From a virus (taxonomy: Duplodnaviria > Caudoviricetes), in the IMG/VR virus record IMGVR_UViG_3300010882_000013, positions 1,164 to 65,163 of that record: 64,000 nt of DNA; one strand, 5' to 3'. Shown here in pieces: positions 35,245-44,955 of this stretch. The stretch's first letter is position 1, and every line of letters begins with the position of its first letter. The notes beneath the pieces were generated by a model. That model was not told where the DNA came from, did no database searches, and worked only from the letters and a program-made list of their open reading frames with translations. The translations under genes and the position numbers were made by a program.

Positions 35245-38064
35245 TTATGTAACAACTGTATAACTTATCGTGACAGCAGAACCCTGCCCTCCACTTCCAG
35301 CAGAACCAGTAACACCAGATGCATATCCATCGCCACCACGTCCACCAGCGCCATAGCCTATTGCTCCAGTTCCACCAGAACCACCACCTCCAACCTGACC
35401 AGTCCTATTCCCACCTGTTATACCAGGCCCTCCAGTAATACCTCCAGAACCTACAGTACCAGTACCAGATGCTACAGTACCACCAACACCACCAGCACCA
35501 GTTGCACCATATTGACCATTATAAGGCGATGTACCCGGTGCATTACCACCATTACCGCCATTCAATCCACGAGCACCACCATTCAACGTAAATGAAAAAG
35601 CAGGCTGCTGTACTCCACCTTTAACACTAACAACAGATAACAGCCCACCAGCAGCACCCGGTTGAGGAGAAGCGTTACCCGCAGTACCACCAGCACCACC
35701 AGCACCAAGAGTTATACTTATATAATCTCCTAAAGCAAAAGTAGTAGTAAACGCGCTTGTCGCTCCACCACCACCTCCACCTCCGCCTCCACCAGATCCA
35801 CCAAATCCATATGAAGATAGATTTGATCCATACCATCCGCCGCCGCCACCCCCTCCTCCTCCACTTACAGCAGAAAGCGTTATAACTACACCTTTTGCAG
35901 CATTAGACGGTACAGAATATGTGACACTAGAGCCATTAGCAGCATAAGAGTATGTTACACTACCCTGTGTCATTCCAACACCGGGAGGCCCTGGAGGGCC
36001 TTGTATTCCTTGAGGGCCTTCCGCCCCAGCGGGGCCGGGATCACCTTGCGCTCCACGAGACGATACACCTGTATCAACACCGTTAATAAACCAGTTCAAA
36101 AAAGTAGAAGAGTCAGGATCACCATAATCAATAGTTAATACTGGCATCTCTCCTTGTATACCTTGCTCACCTTGCGGCCCTTGTGCTTGAATAGACGTAT
36201 CAACATCACCGATAAACCAATTACCATTAGCCCCAATATGAGGTGCAAGAGATCCAACATCTTCCCAATCACTAGAAGTATTCATCCAAACATACAGATT
36301 ACCATCATCACGAATAATATATCCATCACCTATATTACCTATAGGCTGAGCTTCTCTCAAATCATCAATGGTTTGATAACTACCTAATATCTGTACTGAT
36401 GTACCTGGATTTCCTTGCGGCCCCTGCAAACCAACAAAACGACCCACATTATGCCAATCATTATCAGATGACCACCATGCATATAGATCAGTACCTACAA
36501 TATATAGGTCTCCTAAATTACCAATAGGATGAGCTTCACGAAGATCAGTTTCCGTTGGATATGTTCCTAATATACTAGGAGGATTACCTTTAGGCCCAGT
36601 TGCAGGTACACCTAGATCAGTACCAGCTAAATACCAATTACCACTAATCCCAATATAAGGAGAACTGCCATTTGGACCCGGCACACCTTGTATTCCTTGA
36701 GCACCTGCATCACCAACTATACGACCACGATTGTCCCATGAACTATTAAACTCGTTCCATATATACAATAGTCCACCATCATCTACTATATAAGCATCCC
36801 CAGGATCAGCGGTAGGATGCTCTGCAACAAGTTGACTATACGTTTCAACTCGTCCCTGTATTGTAAGACCTGGCCCTGTGTCACCAATATCTCCTTTATC
36901 ACCTTGTGGCCCCTGCCATGGCCCTACATCCTGCCATTCATTAGTTGTAGTAATCCATACATATAGATGACCCCCAACTACAGCAGCCTGTCCGGGTTGA
37001 CCTATAGGAAGCTCACTCACATCATCAGCAGTATAGTTAATATCAAATCCTGTACCTGCTGGCCCTTGAACACCTGCTGGCCCTTGTGGGCCAAATGTAC
37101 CACCAGATATAATATGCCACTGTACTTGATCACGAGGAGTCCATAGTATAAAGTTTAACGTGAATAATAAAGAGGCCGAAAGTTGTGTAAACCCAAACCA
37201 TATGAAAGCAGCCTGACCCGGAGTAGGAGCAAGCTGTAATCCCTGATCCATCCATACACCATCTGTGAATGTATATAACCGTGCATTTTCTTGTACAAGA
37301 GCAGTATCGCCATTAACAAAATAATAAGGCACTACTATTCCGCCCTGTACAGTATTAATAAATAACTGTTGGCCCGGAGTTACAGATGTTTGTACATCTG
37401 AAAGATTCTTGAATGTAACAGTAACTCGACCCTTCCATGAAAGCTTACGAACAATATCACTTGTATAAGCGATACGCTTATTACGATTTTTAGTCTCTGG
37501 AATAGATGTATCCCAAACATGTGGGCGAAAGCGAGAATCTAAAAATGTAGTCCTCGATGGATTACCTACTATGACAGCCCTACGACTTGCCATAGTACCA
37601 CGTTGTAGTATGGGCTTACGATTAAGAATATTGCCATCAAGATAAGTATCTGTACCTAAAAATCCAAGAGGATCTGCCTGTGTACCTTGACCTTGTAATG
37701 TAGAATCATGCGATACTAAAGTAGCATTTTGAGGAACAACGCGAAGAGCATCCCCCGGAGCTCCAGAACCTAACAAAGATTTATCAGTATATACCCTTCC
37801 AAGACGGAGACGATCACCGGGGTTAGGAGTTGATCCATTACCTTGTATCGTATCACCATCAACATTCACCTGAGCAAGACGTAATGGATTTTGAGGTAAC
37901 CCACCACCAGCAAGAGTATTATTAGTTACGATAGCATCAAGCTTATCACCTACCCTATTTTCAAGACGATTCACCTGCTCACGTATTGCAGCTAGCTCAC
38001 GCTGCATCCGAATTTCTAAACCACCGCCTTGATCTGGGCCATTCCATTGACTAAATGTACTCAT
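35245..38064 (-). CDS. collagen-like tail fibre/spike with Gly-rich C-terminal domain
   Basis: multiple (Gly-X-Y)n runs separated by repeated GD.YIV..G.LY.W...W..VG modules; GNW.IG repeats; poly-Gly C-terminus. Confidence 0.85.
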   Translation of the reverse strand: MSTFSQWNGPDQGGGLEIRMQRELAAIREQVNRLENRVGDKLDAIVTNNTLAGGGLPQNPLRLAQVNVDGDTIQGNGSTPNPGDRLRLGRVYTDKSLLGSGAPGDALRVVPQNATLVSHDSTLQGQGTQADPLGFLGTDTYLDGNILNRKPILQRGTMASRRAVIVGNPSRTTFLDSRFRPHVWDTSIPETKNRNKRIAYTSDIVRKLSWKGRVTVTFKNLSDVQTSVTPGQQLFINTVQGGIVVPYYFVNGDTALVQENARLYTFTDGVWMDQGLQLAPTPGQAAFIWFGFTQLSASLLFTLNFILWTPRDQVQWHIISGGTFGPQGPAGVQGPAGTGFDINYTADDVSELPIGQPGQAAVVGGHLYVWITTTNEWQDVGPWQGPQGDKGDIGDTGPGLTIQGRVETYSQLVAEHPTADPGDAYIVDDGGLLYIWNEFNSSWDNRGRIVGDAGAQGIQGVPGPNGSSPYIGISGNWYLAGTDLGVPATGPKGNPPSILGTYPTETDLREAHPIGNLGDLYIVGTDLYAWWSSDNDWHNVGRFVGLQGPQGNPGTSVQILGSYQTIDDLREAQPIGNIGDGYIIRDDGNLYVWMNTSSDWEDVGSLAPHIGANGNWFIGDVDTSIQAQGPQGEQGIQGEMPVLTIDYGDPDSSTFLNWFINGVDTGVSSRGAQGDPGPAGAEGPQGIQGPPGPPGVGMTQGSVTYSYAANGSSVTYSVPSNAAKGVVITLSAVSGGGGGGGGGWYGSNLSSYGFGGSGGGGGGGGGGATSAFTTTFALGDYISITLGAGGAGGTAGNASPQPGAAGGLLSVVSVKGGVQQPAFSFTLNGGARGLNGGNGGNAPGTSPYNGQYGATGAGGVGGTVASGTGTVGSGGITGGPGITGGNRTGQVGGGGSGGTGAIGYGAGGRGGDGYASGVTGSAGSGGQGSAVTISYTVVT

Positions 38065-38087
38065 CGTGGTATTCCCTCTGCCATATC

Positions 38088-38270
38088 TTAAAGTTTTTTC
38101 TCAACCGCTTCAATAGGTTTTTCAAGTAGTGCAATCACGTCTTTAGCAGATTTGATTGTCTCACTTTCAGCAATAACACCTAAACGAATGAGATCATTTA
38201 TAAGAGCTTCATACAAAGGCTCTCGCCTCATTGCGCGCTCTCTAAATGGATTCATAAATGCCATACTCAA
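38088..38270 (-). CDS. hypothetical protein
   Basis: GGAG SD; coupled ORF. Confidence 0.5.
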   Translation of the reverse strand: MSMAFMNPFRERAMRREPLYEALINDLIRLGVIAESETIKSAKDVIALLEKPIEAVEKKL

Positions 38271-39181
38271 CTCCTATCTAACCAGTTCTTAGGCACCCGA
38301 ACCTCTCCAAGTTCACTAAGCTTTGCAGCCTTTTCACGCTGCTTTGCTCCTTTAGCAGTACCCTCATATTGTAAAGCACCAGAACGAAATGCTTCGTGTC
38401 TAGCCTTTGTTATATTCTCCTCACGTTGCGCAGCAGACATAGGAACGATCTCGCCTTTATCGAAATCCATACCAGTCGTACCACGCCGTGTACCCGGTGT
38501 ATATCCATACTCCAATGTAGTATATGGATACTTTACACTACTCTTAACAAAATTACTCTTTTTAGGATGATATGGCCCACCGGGTTGCAAACTAGCACGT
38601 TCAAACTGGTTCATTAAATCCCAAAAACGAGCACCCAACACACTCTTACCCGGTGTACCACCGGGGTTATATGAAAACTTTAGCTCTGCAAAAACACTCG
38701 CAGGAACGTGATCATACAGCACCACAGATCCTTTATTTACAAATGTTACTCGCATTACCATACGAGACGGTGCATACTCAATCTTTGAAATCATATTAGA
38801 TCGAGATACATCCAATACTTCGGTAAATAACTCATTACCCTCTAATCCAAGATTCTGCAAGAAATCATCAGATGAACTCTCGCTAATAGACTTATTATGA
38901 AATATTAAAGGTACAATACCTTCCATCTTCTCTGTAGGTACAGAAGGCATTGACGTACTTGGCAATTTCTGAAAAGGCCCTTTATATATCTTCTTTTGTT
39001 TAGTCAAAGGTTGACGTTCTGTATAACCAGTTCCAACTTTATGGACTAAACCATGCTTAACCTCAACCTCTGAATCTAATGGGCCTTTACTCAATGCCTT
39101 TTGAAATGGCTTGGAAGCGATAGTGCCACGCTTATTAAAATACTGCTCAAGCGTAGATGTCGCTTCCTTTAATTCAGCCAT
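38267..39181 (-). CDS. KTSC-like domain-containing protein
   Basis: SNMISKIEY...VTF..GSVVLYDHVPASVFAEL...S.LGARFW pattern. Confidence 0.55.
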   Translation of the reverse strand: MAELKEATSTLEQYFNKRGTIASKPFQKALSKGPLDSEVEVKHGLVHKVGTGYTERQPLTKQKKIYKGPFQKLPSTSMPSVPTEKMEGIVPLIFHNKSISESSSDDFLQNLGLEGNELFTEVLDVSRSNMISKIEYAPSRMVMRVTFVNKGSVVLYDHVPASVFAELKFSYNPGGTPGKSVLGARFWDLMNQFERASLQPGGPYHPKKSNFVKSSVKYPYTTLEYGYTPGTRRGTTGMDFDKGEIVPMSAAQREENITKARHEAFRSGALQYEGTAKGAKQREKAAKLSELGEVRVPKNWLDRS

Positions 39182-39186
39182 ACCGT

Positions 39187-40761
39187 TTAATCAGTCCAGT
39201 TCGCTGCATCTGCCGGATTGATGATCTCATTCCGCAGATTGATAACCGTGTATGCATACGGTACTTCGGTGAACAACGCTCCCATCTCATGAAAGGCGAT
39301 GGGCAGTACATTGCTCGGATGTGTAAAGCCAAGATAAGTTTTACCATCTTGAAGTATAGGCGCACCGTAAGTAATCCTATTTGCGAGATCCAACTTTGCC
39401 ACGAAATCATTCGGAACACTTATGTCTTCCGCTTTCGGAGGCTCTGTCTTCGCCCACAGCTCATGGATATACTCATCAATCCGATACATCGAGTTATCCC
39501 AACAGTTATATGATAGATCATCCATCGGCCCTATCACAACGATATTGGTCGGAAGGTTATGATCTTCCAAAGTATTCGGTATAATCTTAGATCCAATCGA
39601 ATAGGTGTGTGAGGTTACACCACGTTGAAAGATAAGAGGACTTGCCTGAGCAAGCTCTTTGATCAACCGAACTTGATCATGCTCCTGATACCCCATTGCG
39701 ATCATAGTATCAGGATTCATCCAAACACCAATATTCGCATGAGGAACAGTAGCAGCAGTCATAGCTACAGCAGCCATGATAGAATCAATAATCGATTCAC
39801 CTTGACGCCGTACATAAAAACCACCAGCCTGTTCAGTGCTGAACCGTTGACGATTCGTCTGATCGCGGAACGGCATATCCAAACCAAGTCGGTTATTTGC
39901 TGTGTCCACATGCCATGGGAACAGGTCAGCAAGCCCTTCCATAGCACCAGTAACAGCAGTAGCTCCGGTCGTATATGTACCACTTGCTGTAATAGTATCA
40001 CCATTCCATACAAGCGATCCACCGGGACTAAACGCACGATTTCCAGCAACTTCGAGGAACTCACCAGCGTTCCATGCCGTAGCAGTTGCGCCATCGACAC
40101 GCATGACAGTGAGACGTTTGGGCTGATTGTCAAGGATCATATAAAGCTCATTGACATTCGCAGGCCCCCAAGGTGAATTTCCACCGACTCCAGTTGTCTT
40201 GATGAGATATTTACCCATCTTGAACCCACTCGCAAACACATTGATAGGAACATCAAGAGTGAAAGGAGTACCAGCAGCCTGTGTATCAATGCCAGCAACA
40301 CTATTTACGTTAGCCGCAGAGATACGATGCACGACACCAAAACGACCATTGATAGCAAAGTTCTTAAATAGTGATGCAACGTTGACTCTCATTGAGTGAA
40401 CCTTCATTGCATAATCCGATATGAACGATGCCTTTGCACTTGAGGTTTCCAGATTGACAGCCATGTCAACATCAAAACCATCTGATACAGTACCATACGT
40501 TGCCCGGAAAATACCGTAGGTAAGCTCGTTGGGTTTCAACAGAGACACGTCCCTATTGAATACCTGACTGTTCAACGTACCACCAGTATTAGTAGTGGCT
40601 AACAACATACGGTATTCAAACCGATCTGCGAAAGTCCACTCTTTCTTTTTGGTACGAATCGACCGAACTATATCAGACTGACATGGAAACATTCCATTCA
40701 GGATATAGTCACGGATGAAGACCTGACGTGTCAGGCCGTCAATGTAGTTTTGAGTTATCAT
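39187..40761 (-). CDS. major capsid protein
   Basis: 524 aa; follows the scaffold-like gene; GAGGAG SD; position-based, no diagnostic motif. Confidence 0.65.
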   Translation of the reverse strand: MITQNYIDGLTRQVFIRDYILNGMFPCQSDIVRSIRTKKKEWTFADRFEYRMLLATTNTGGTLNSQVFNRDVSLLKPNELTYGIFRATYGTVSDGFDVDMAVNLETSSAKASFISDYAMKVHSMRVNVASLFKNFAINGRFGVVHRISAANVNSVAGIDTQAAGTPFTLDVPINVFASGFKMGKYLIKTTGVGGNSPWGPANVNELYMILDNQPKRLTVMRVDGATATAWNAGEFLEVAGNRAFSPGGSLVWNGDTITASGTYTTGATAVTGAMEGLADLFPWHVDTANNRLGLDMPFRDQTNRQRFSTEQAGGFYVRRQGESIIDSIMAAVAMTAATVPHANIGVWMNPDTMIAMGYQEHDQVRLIKELAQASPLIFQRGVTSHTYSIGSKIIPNTLEDHNLPTNIVVIGPMDDLSYNCWDNSMYRIDEYIHELWAKTEPPKAEDISVPNDFVAKLDLANRITYGAPILQDGKTYLGFTHPSNVLPIAFHEMGALFTEVPYAYTVINLRNEIINPADAANWTD

Positions 40762-40797
40762 AAACTACGACTCCTCGTTCCCTGTCACGCAGGGCTT

Positions 40798-41778
40798 TTA
40801 TATACTAAGACCTTTAAGGGCCTTATTGATGATAGATCCTTCGTCTAATTCTGATTCTGGTTTGTCATTCCCCAGATCCAAATTAAACTCCTCTTTCTTC
40901 GGTTCTTCCTTAGTCTCTGCTGGTTTAGTTTCAACAGTTTTAGGCGTCTCCGTTGATGCTGACTCTATCGTAGGCGCAGCAGTCGTGTCCGGCGTACTCA
41001 CTTGAACCTCCACTGACGATGCCTGATCCTCCGGTATTGCACCTATAGCATCAATAGCATCTTCTATTAACTTAAAACGTTCATCAGACAACGTACCTAA
41101 CCCTTTAAGCTTATTTGCAGGAATATTCAACGAAGTCTGAATAGACTGTATCTTCTTCATTCTCTCATCAGATAATATAGGTAATGGTGTACCCGGAGGT
41201 ACAGGAGGAGATGCACCACCTGTTGCTCCCATACTAGGAGGTAACGGAGATGCACCGCCTGCCGCTCCCATATCAGGAGATGAAGGCATACCACCTGCGG
41301 CTCCTATATCAGGAGATGAAGGCATACCACCTGCTGCTCCCATGTCAGGAAGTGAGGAAGATGTACCTCCTGCCGCTCCCATGTCAGGAAGTGAAGGAGA
41401 TGTACCACCTGCCGCTCCCATGTCAGGAGATGGGGGCACCCCCGCATCAGGAGGTGACGTTGTGTCAGTACCAACTTCCTCTTTCACTGCTTTATCTACT
41501 TTATTAATCTTGCTTGATAAAGCATTAACTTCGGTACGAAGATCATCAAGAATAGAATCAACAGCAGCTACTATAGCACCAGATGTATCAACTCCCTGCA
41601 TATCGAGTTTATTCAATATGGCTACACCTATACCACGATCATTAGAGAACTTGTCTCCAAACTTTCCCATGAAGTCATTCATGCGATCTTCATCTTTGCG
41701 ATTTCTACTTTCAGATTCCAATGAGCTAATACGCTCGGCAATTTTAGACAGGTCGGATTCGTCCATAAATAACTCCAT
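40798..41778 (-). CDS. capsid scaffolding-like protein with internal PDMGAAGG repeats
   Basis: acidic, coiled-coil, low complexity; immediately upstream of the MCP. Confidence 0.6.
   Translation of the reverse strand: MELFMDESDLSKIAERISSLESESRNRKDEDRMNDFMGKFGDKFSNDRGIGVAILNKLDMQGVDTSGAIVAAVDSILDDLRTEVNALSSKINKVDKAVKEEVGTDTTSPPDAGVPPSPDMGAAGGTSPSLPDMGAAGGTSSSLPDMGAAGGMPSSPDIGAAGGMPSSPDMGAAGGASPLPPSMGATGGASPPVPPGTPLPILSDERMKKIQSIQTSLNIPANKLKGLGTLSDERFKLIEDAIDAIGAIPEDQASSVEVQVSTPDTTAAPTIESASTETPKTVETKPAETKEEPKKEEFNLDLGNDKPESELDEGSIINKALKGLSI
41210..41452 (-). repeat. imperfect 36-39-nt tandem repeat in the scaffold gene
   Basis: five PD(M/I)GAAGG units plus a degenerate sixth. Confidence 0.85.
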
Positions 41779-41820
41779 CTTAATAATATCATATTGACCC
41801 GTACTGGATCAATGCTATAT

Positions 41821-42897
41821 TTATATGAAATCAGCCCATGTTGGCCCGGTCACATTATTCATTCGTGACCATGCCGACTGATCTCTTTTCAAAAATTTAC
41901 TCATCTCATTAGCCGATGACACTAGAGCATCCTCTACTGCCATGATTGTCGAATTATTCAAACTTGCAAATCGCTTGGCAATATTAGCACGAAGATAATT
42001 AACTATTACATTCGATGGATAGGTAACAAGTGTATCAGGTGTCCACCCAAGCTCTTTGGCTAATCCATCATTATGATCAAGTATCACAGCACTTAGTCCT
42101 GTATAGTCATTATACTTCACACTAAGATACTCTATACTAGATGTACGCCCCATATAATCAAATGGATTATACCTATCCTTAAAGAATCTATTAAGTATAT
42201 CCTTGAGAATAAAGGAACTAAACTCATGTGTTTGATTATGTTCATACGATGCAAAAGCATATGGATAATCTAATATAAAAGTACGTAATGTATGATCAGG
42301 CCGCTGTATTCCTTCTGTAAGATCTGTCTCCTCACTAGAATCTACTGATCCTCTAGGTCTAAATATATAATGCTCTTGACTTGCTATATCTACATTCGAC
42401 TCATTAATCAACTCAAACATACCATAATTATAATTATCTGCCTGTTTGTCAGGAACATTATCTAAGATTCGATAGTCTCTATTATTCTTAGTAAACGTAA
42501 GAAATGGAGGCTCTGGAACATACTCAAGCCACACCTTTCGTGTAGGAGCATCCCAACAATACATATCATTACCAGATATACGGTATGTCCACGGAGAGTT
42601 CAAATCATTGTTACTCGCCTCTTTATATACCTTACGACTATACCCAACAGGATCAATTGACGCATACACAAGTATAGATTGTTTAAGAAGTGGTGGCAAG
42701 TGCGTAAGCTTCTGTGTTATAGGAATCGTAGTTGAATAAAATCCAGCATCCACCTGTGCTATTTTTTCATAACAATAGGCCCATTGCTCTGTAAGCGTAT
42801 TCGTTATATCACGAAATGAGAATGAATTAATTGCTTTCGCCTGCGCTAACTCCATAGCATCATATACTATGTCAGACGCATAACAACTAAGCTGCAC
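41821..42897 (-). CDS. head-tail adaptor-like protein (likely GTG start at 42897)
   Basis: GGAGG SD 8 nt before GTG; YASDIVYDAMELA N-terminus; position in the virion operon. Confidence 0.5.
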   Translation of the reverse strand: MQLSCYASDIVYDAMELAQAKAINSFSFRDITNTLTEQWAYCYEKIAQVDAGFYSTTIPITQKLTHLPPLLKQSILVYASIDPVGYSRKVYKEASNNDLNSPWTYRISGNDMYCWDAPTRKVWLEYVPEPPFLTFTKNNRDYRILDNVPDKQADNYNYGMFELINESNVDIASQEHYIFRPRGSVDSSEETDLTEGIQRPDHTLRTFILDYPYAFASYEHNQTHEFSSFILKDILNRFFKDRYNPFDYMGRTSSIEYLSVKYNDYTGLSAVILDHNDGLAKELGWTPDTLVTYPSNVIVNYLRANIAKRFASLNNSTIMAVEDALVSSANEMSKFLKRDQSAWSRMNNVTGPTWADFI

Positions 42898-43132
42898 CTG
42901 CTTGACCTCCACCACCTTGCGGTGAAGGAACAAGTTGAGATCCTGCTTGCTCACCGCCTCCACCACCTTGCGGCGCTGGCTGTGACTGCTGCATGCTTAC
43001 TAGAGCTCCTTGATACTGACTCTGAAACCAATCAGTAAAAGATTTTTCAACATCTTCAACTACTGTATTCGCATCAGTAATCTGCTCTTGTAACCGTTGT
43101 TCAACTTTATCGTTTATCTGCTGACGAGTCAC
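42887..43132 (-). CDS. small Gln/Gly-rich virion protein (GTG start)
   Basis: GGAGG SD; GTGA overlap with the upstream stop; part of track ORF 42887..43249. Confidence 0.45.
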   Translation of the reverse strand: MTRQQINDKVEQRLQEQITDANTVVEDVEKSFTDWFQSQYQGALVSMQQSQPAPQGGGGGEQAGSQLVPSPQGGGGQAGAA

Positions 43133-44460
43133 TTCGGCGTACCTCCACCAGCAGGTTGATTCGTCCCATATCGTAGGGATGTTTGACCTAAGCCTGTTTC
43201 TTGAGCTCCACCCATTCCGGCCCCTACATTCGCTTGCCTCTGCGCCCAATAATCAGCACCCCTTCCAGCTACTACACGCGACCACAAATCACCCCACCAA
43301 GAGTTAACAGGAGAATCTATGTCTACTCCCAATGCACGAGCAGCCATAGCAAAATCCGCAAATGTCCCTCCTGATTGAATAGCCGTCTTCATAACGGCAT
43401 ATAACTTCATCTCGCTCAATCCAACCTGTGCCGCTGCCATCTGCATAGCATTTTTATAAGGTAACTGCGCATTTATTCTCTTAATCTCATTCTCCACTTG
43501 CGCAGTACCCATATTCAAGGTTTGCCGTATAGTCTCATCGTCTATCATACGAACTTTTTGTATATCGTTCAATGACACACCGCGATTCTGAATAATATTA
43601 TTCATTACTTGATCTGCATTAACAATACGATCCAGTGTCTGATAACCTTCTTTTTTATTCTGTAGTGCTAACTGATTAGCCTGTTCCATTTTATCTTGCA
43701 ACTCTATATTAGGAGTCATCTGATAAATCTCCGCTGCACGACCCGTCATACCAATACCCGGAATAAATGTCATAGTAGATGCGTGTTGATCACGTTGTGC
43801 TTGTAACCGTTCAGCCATACGAGTAAAATATTCTGCACGTTGAGCAGCCGGAGTTTTCGGTACAGCCGAATCCGGTAGCCCAGAAGTATCTTGTGATAAG
43901 GACTTTGACTGTGCTCCAGTTCCAGTATCTATTGTCTTAGGCCCAAGATCCGCAGGTTGATTACCAAGTAGCTGTGCTCCTTCTTGACTACTAATAGGTA
44001 TACCACCGCCTGTTGCAGGAGGTAAAGATGGAGTATTCACAACAGGAGGAGTAGTAACTCCAGCTTGGTTAGCCGCTGCTACAGTTCGCTGTTGTGTAAT
44101 AGCAGAACTTATTAATGCCTTTCTAGCTCGTTCCTGCTCCTGTAATGATTGATTATGTACACGAGCATAATCTTCAAGCATATCATTTGCTTGAACTCCA
44201 GACGGATCAACAAGATACGACTGACCTATTCTTTTACGCTCATCTGAAGTGAGCCATGCTGGAAACTCTAATCCACCTACAGGCTTATTAGTAGGAGACT
44301 GTGACTCTATTTGCGCAGTTGTAGGATGAGATGCTGACTGTGCCATCTGCTGTGCTAGCGTATTACGTTGAGCCTGCAAAACAGTTGTATCCTGTCCAGC
44401 TTTACGTGCATCAGTTATTTGTTTGTCAAGATCAGTTATTTGCTCAGACAGAGTAGCCAT
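43129..44460 (-). CDS. internal virion/ejection-like protein
   Basis: Ala/Gln/Thr-rich, helical; TAATG coupling. Confidence 0.55.
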   Translation of the reverse strand: MATLSEQITDLDKQITDARKAGQDTTVLQAQRNTLAQQMAQSASHPTTAQIESQSPTNKPVGGLEFPAWLTSDERKRIGQSYLVDPSGVQANDMLEDYARVHNQSLQEQERARKALISSAITQQRTVAAANQAGVTTPPVVNTPSLPPATGGGIPISSQEGAQLLGNQPADLGPKTIDTGTGAQSKSLSQDTSGLPDSAVPKTPAAQRAEYFTRMAERLQAQRDQHASTMTFIPGIGMTGRAAEIYQMTPNIELQDKMEQANQLALQNKKEGYQTLDRIVNADQVMNNIIQNRGVSLNDIQKVRMIDDETIRQTLNMGTAQVENEIKRINAQLPYKNAMQMAAAQVGLSEMKLYAVMKTAIQSGGTFADFAMAARALGVDIDSPVNSWWGDLWSRVVAGRGADYWAQRQANVGAGMGGAQETGLGQTSLRYGTNQPAGGGTPK

Positions 44461-44954
44461 TATCTTCCTTCTTTCAGCTCTGCAACTTCGCGTGCAAGCT
44501 CGGCAATAGCTCCTGCGTTCATTAACGCAAGACGACTTGTATCAACTGTCTTTACACCTTCTGGTGTCTCAATAATAGCAGCAGGATTCACTTTCTCTAT
44601 ATCCTGTGCCATAGGCCCAATATGCTCTTCGTTAGGATCAATTGATGGATCAATCTTAACAGCTTCTGGCTTATACTTATATAAATAGTTACGTATATGC
44701 CTCATATATCCATTAAGAACATCATCTTTCCAAACATCCACATCTTTCACATCAAACTTATATTTATTCTTCTCTCCAAGAAGGTCATCAAAAAACTCAA
44801 GCTCATTAGCATTGAATGGAGGCCCTTCAATGAGTAATCCTATAGCAACCTCATAAGGATCGATACCTTCAAGAGTCTTATAATCTTCATCAGAGAGCAC
44901 GCCCGACCGCAACATACGAGCTGCTACATGGCCTAATGTATATACTTTACCCAT
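44460..44954 (-). CDS. stand-alone peptidase-S74-like (tail chaperone) domain protein
   Basis: YLYKYK...HIGPMAQDIEKVNP...VKTVDT...GAIAELAREVAEL. Confidence 0.75.
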   Translation of the reverse strand: MGKVYTLGHVAARMLRSGVLSDEDYKTLEGIDPYEVAIGLLIEGPPFNANELEFFDDLLGEKNKYKFDVKDVDVWKDDVLNGYMRHIRNYLYKYKPEAVKIDPSIDPNEEHIGPMAQDIEKVNPAAIIETPEGVKTVDTSRLALMNAGAIAELAREVAELKEGR

Positions 44955-44955
44955 A

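Noticed and set aside
35245-38064. Diversity-generating retroelement targeting the fibre
   Set aside because: No reverse transcriptase in the window, and no template/variable repeat pair with adenine-specific mismatches was seen.
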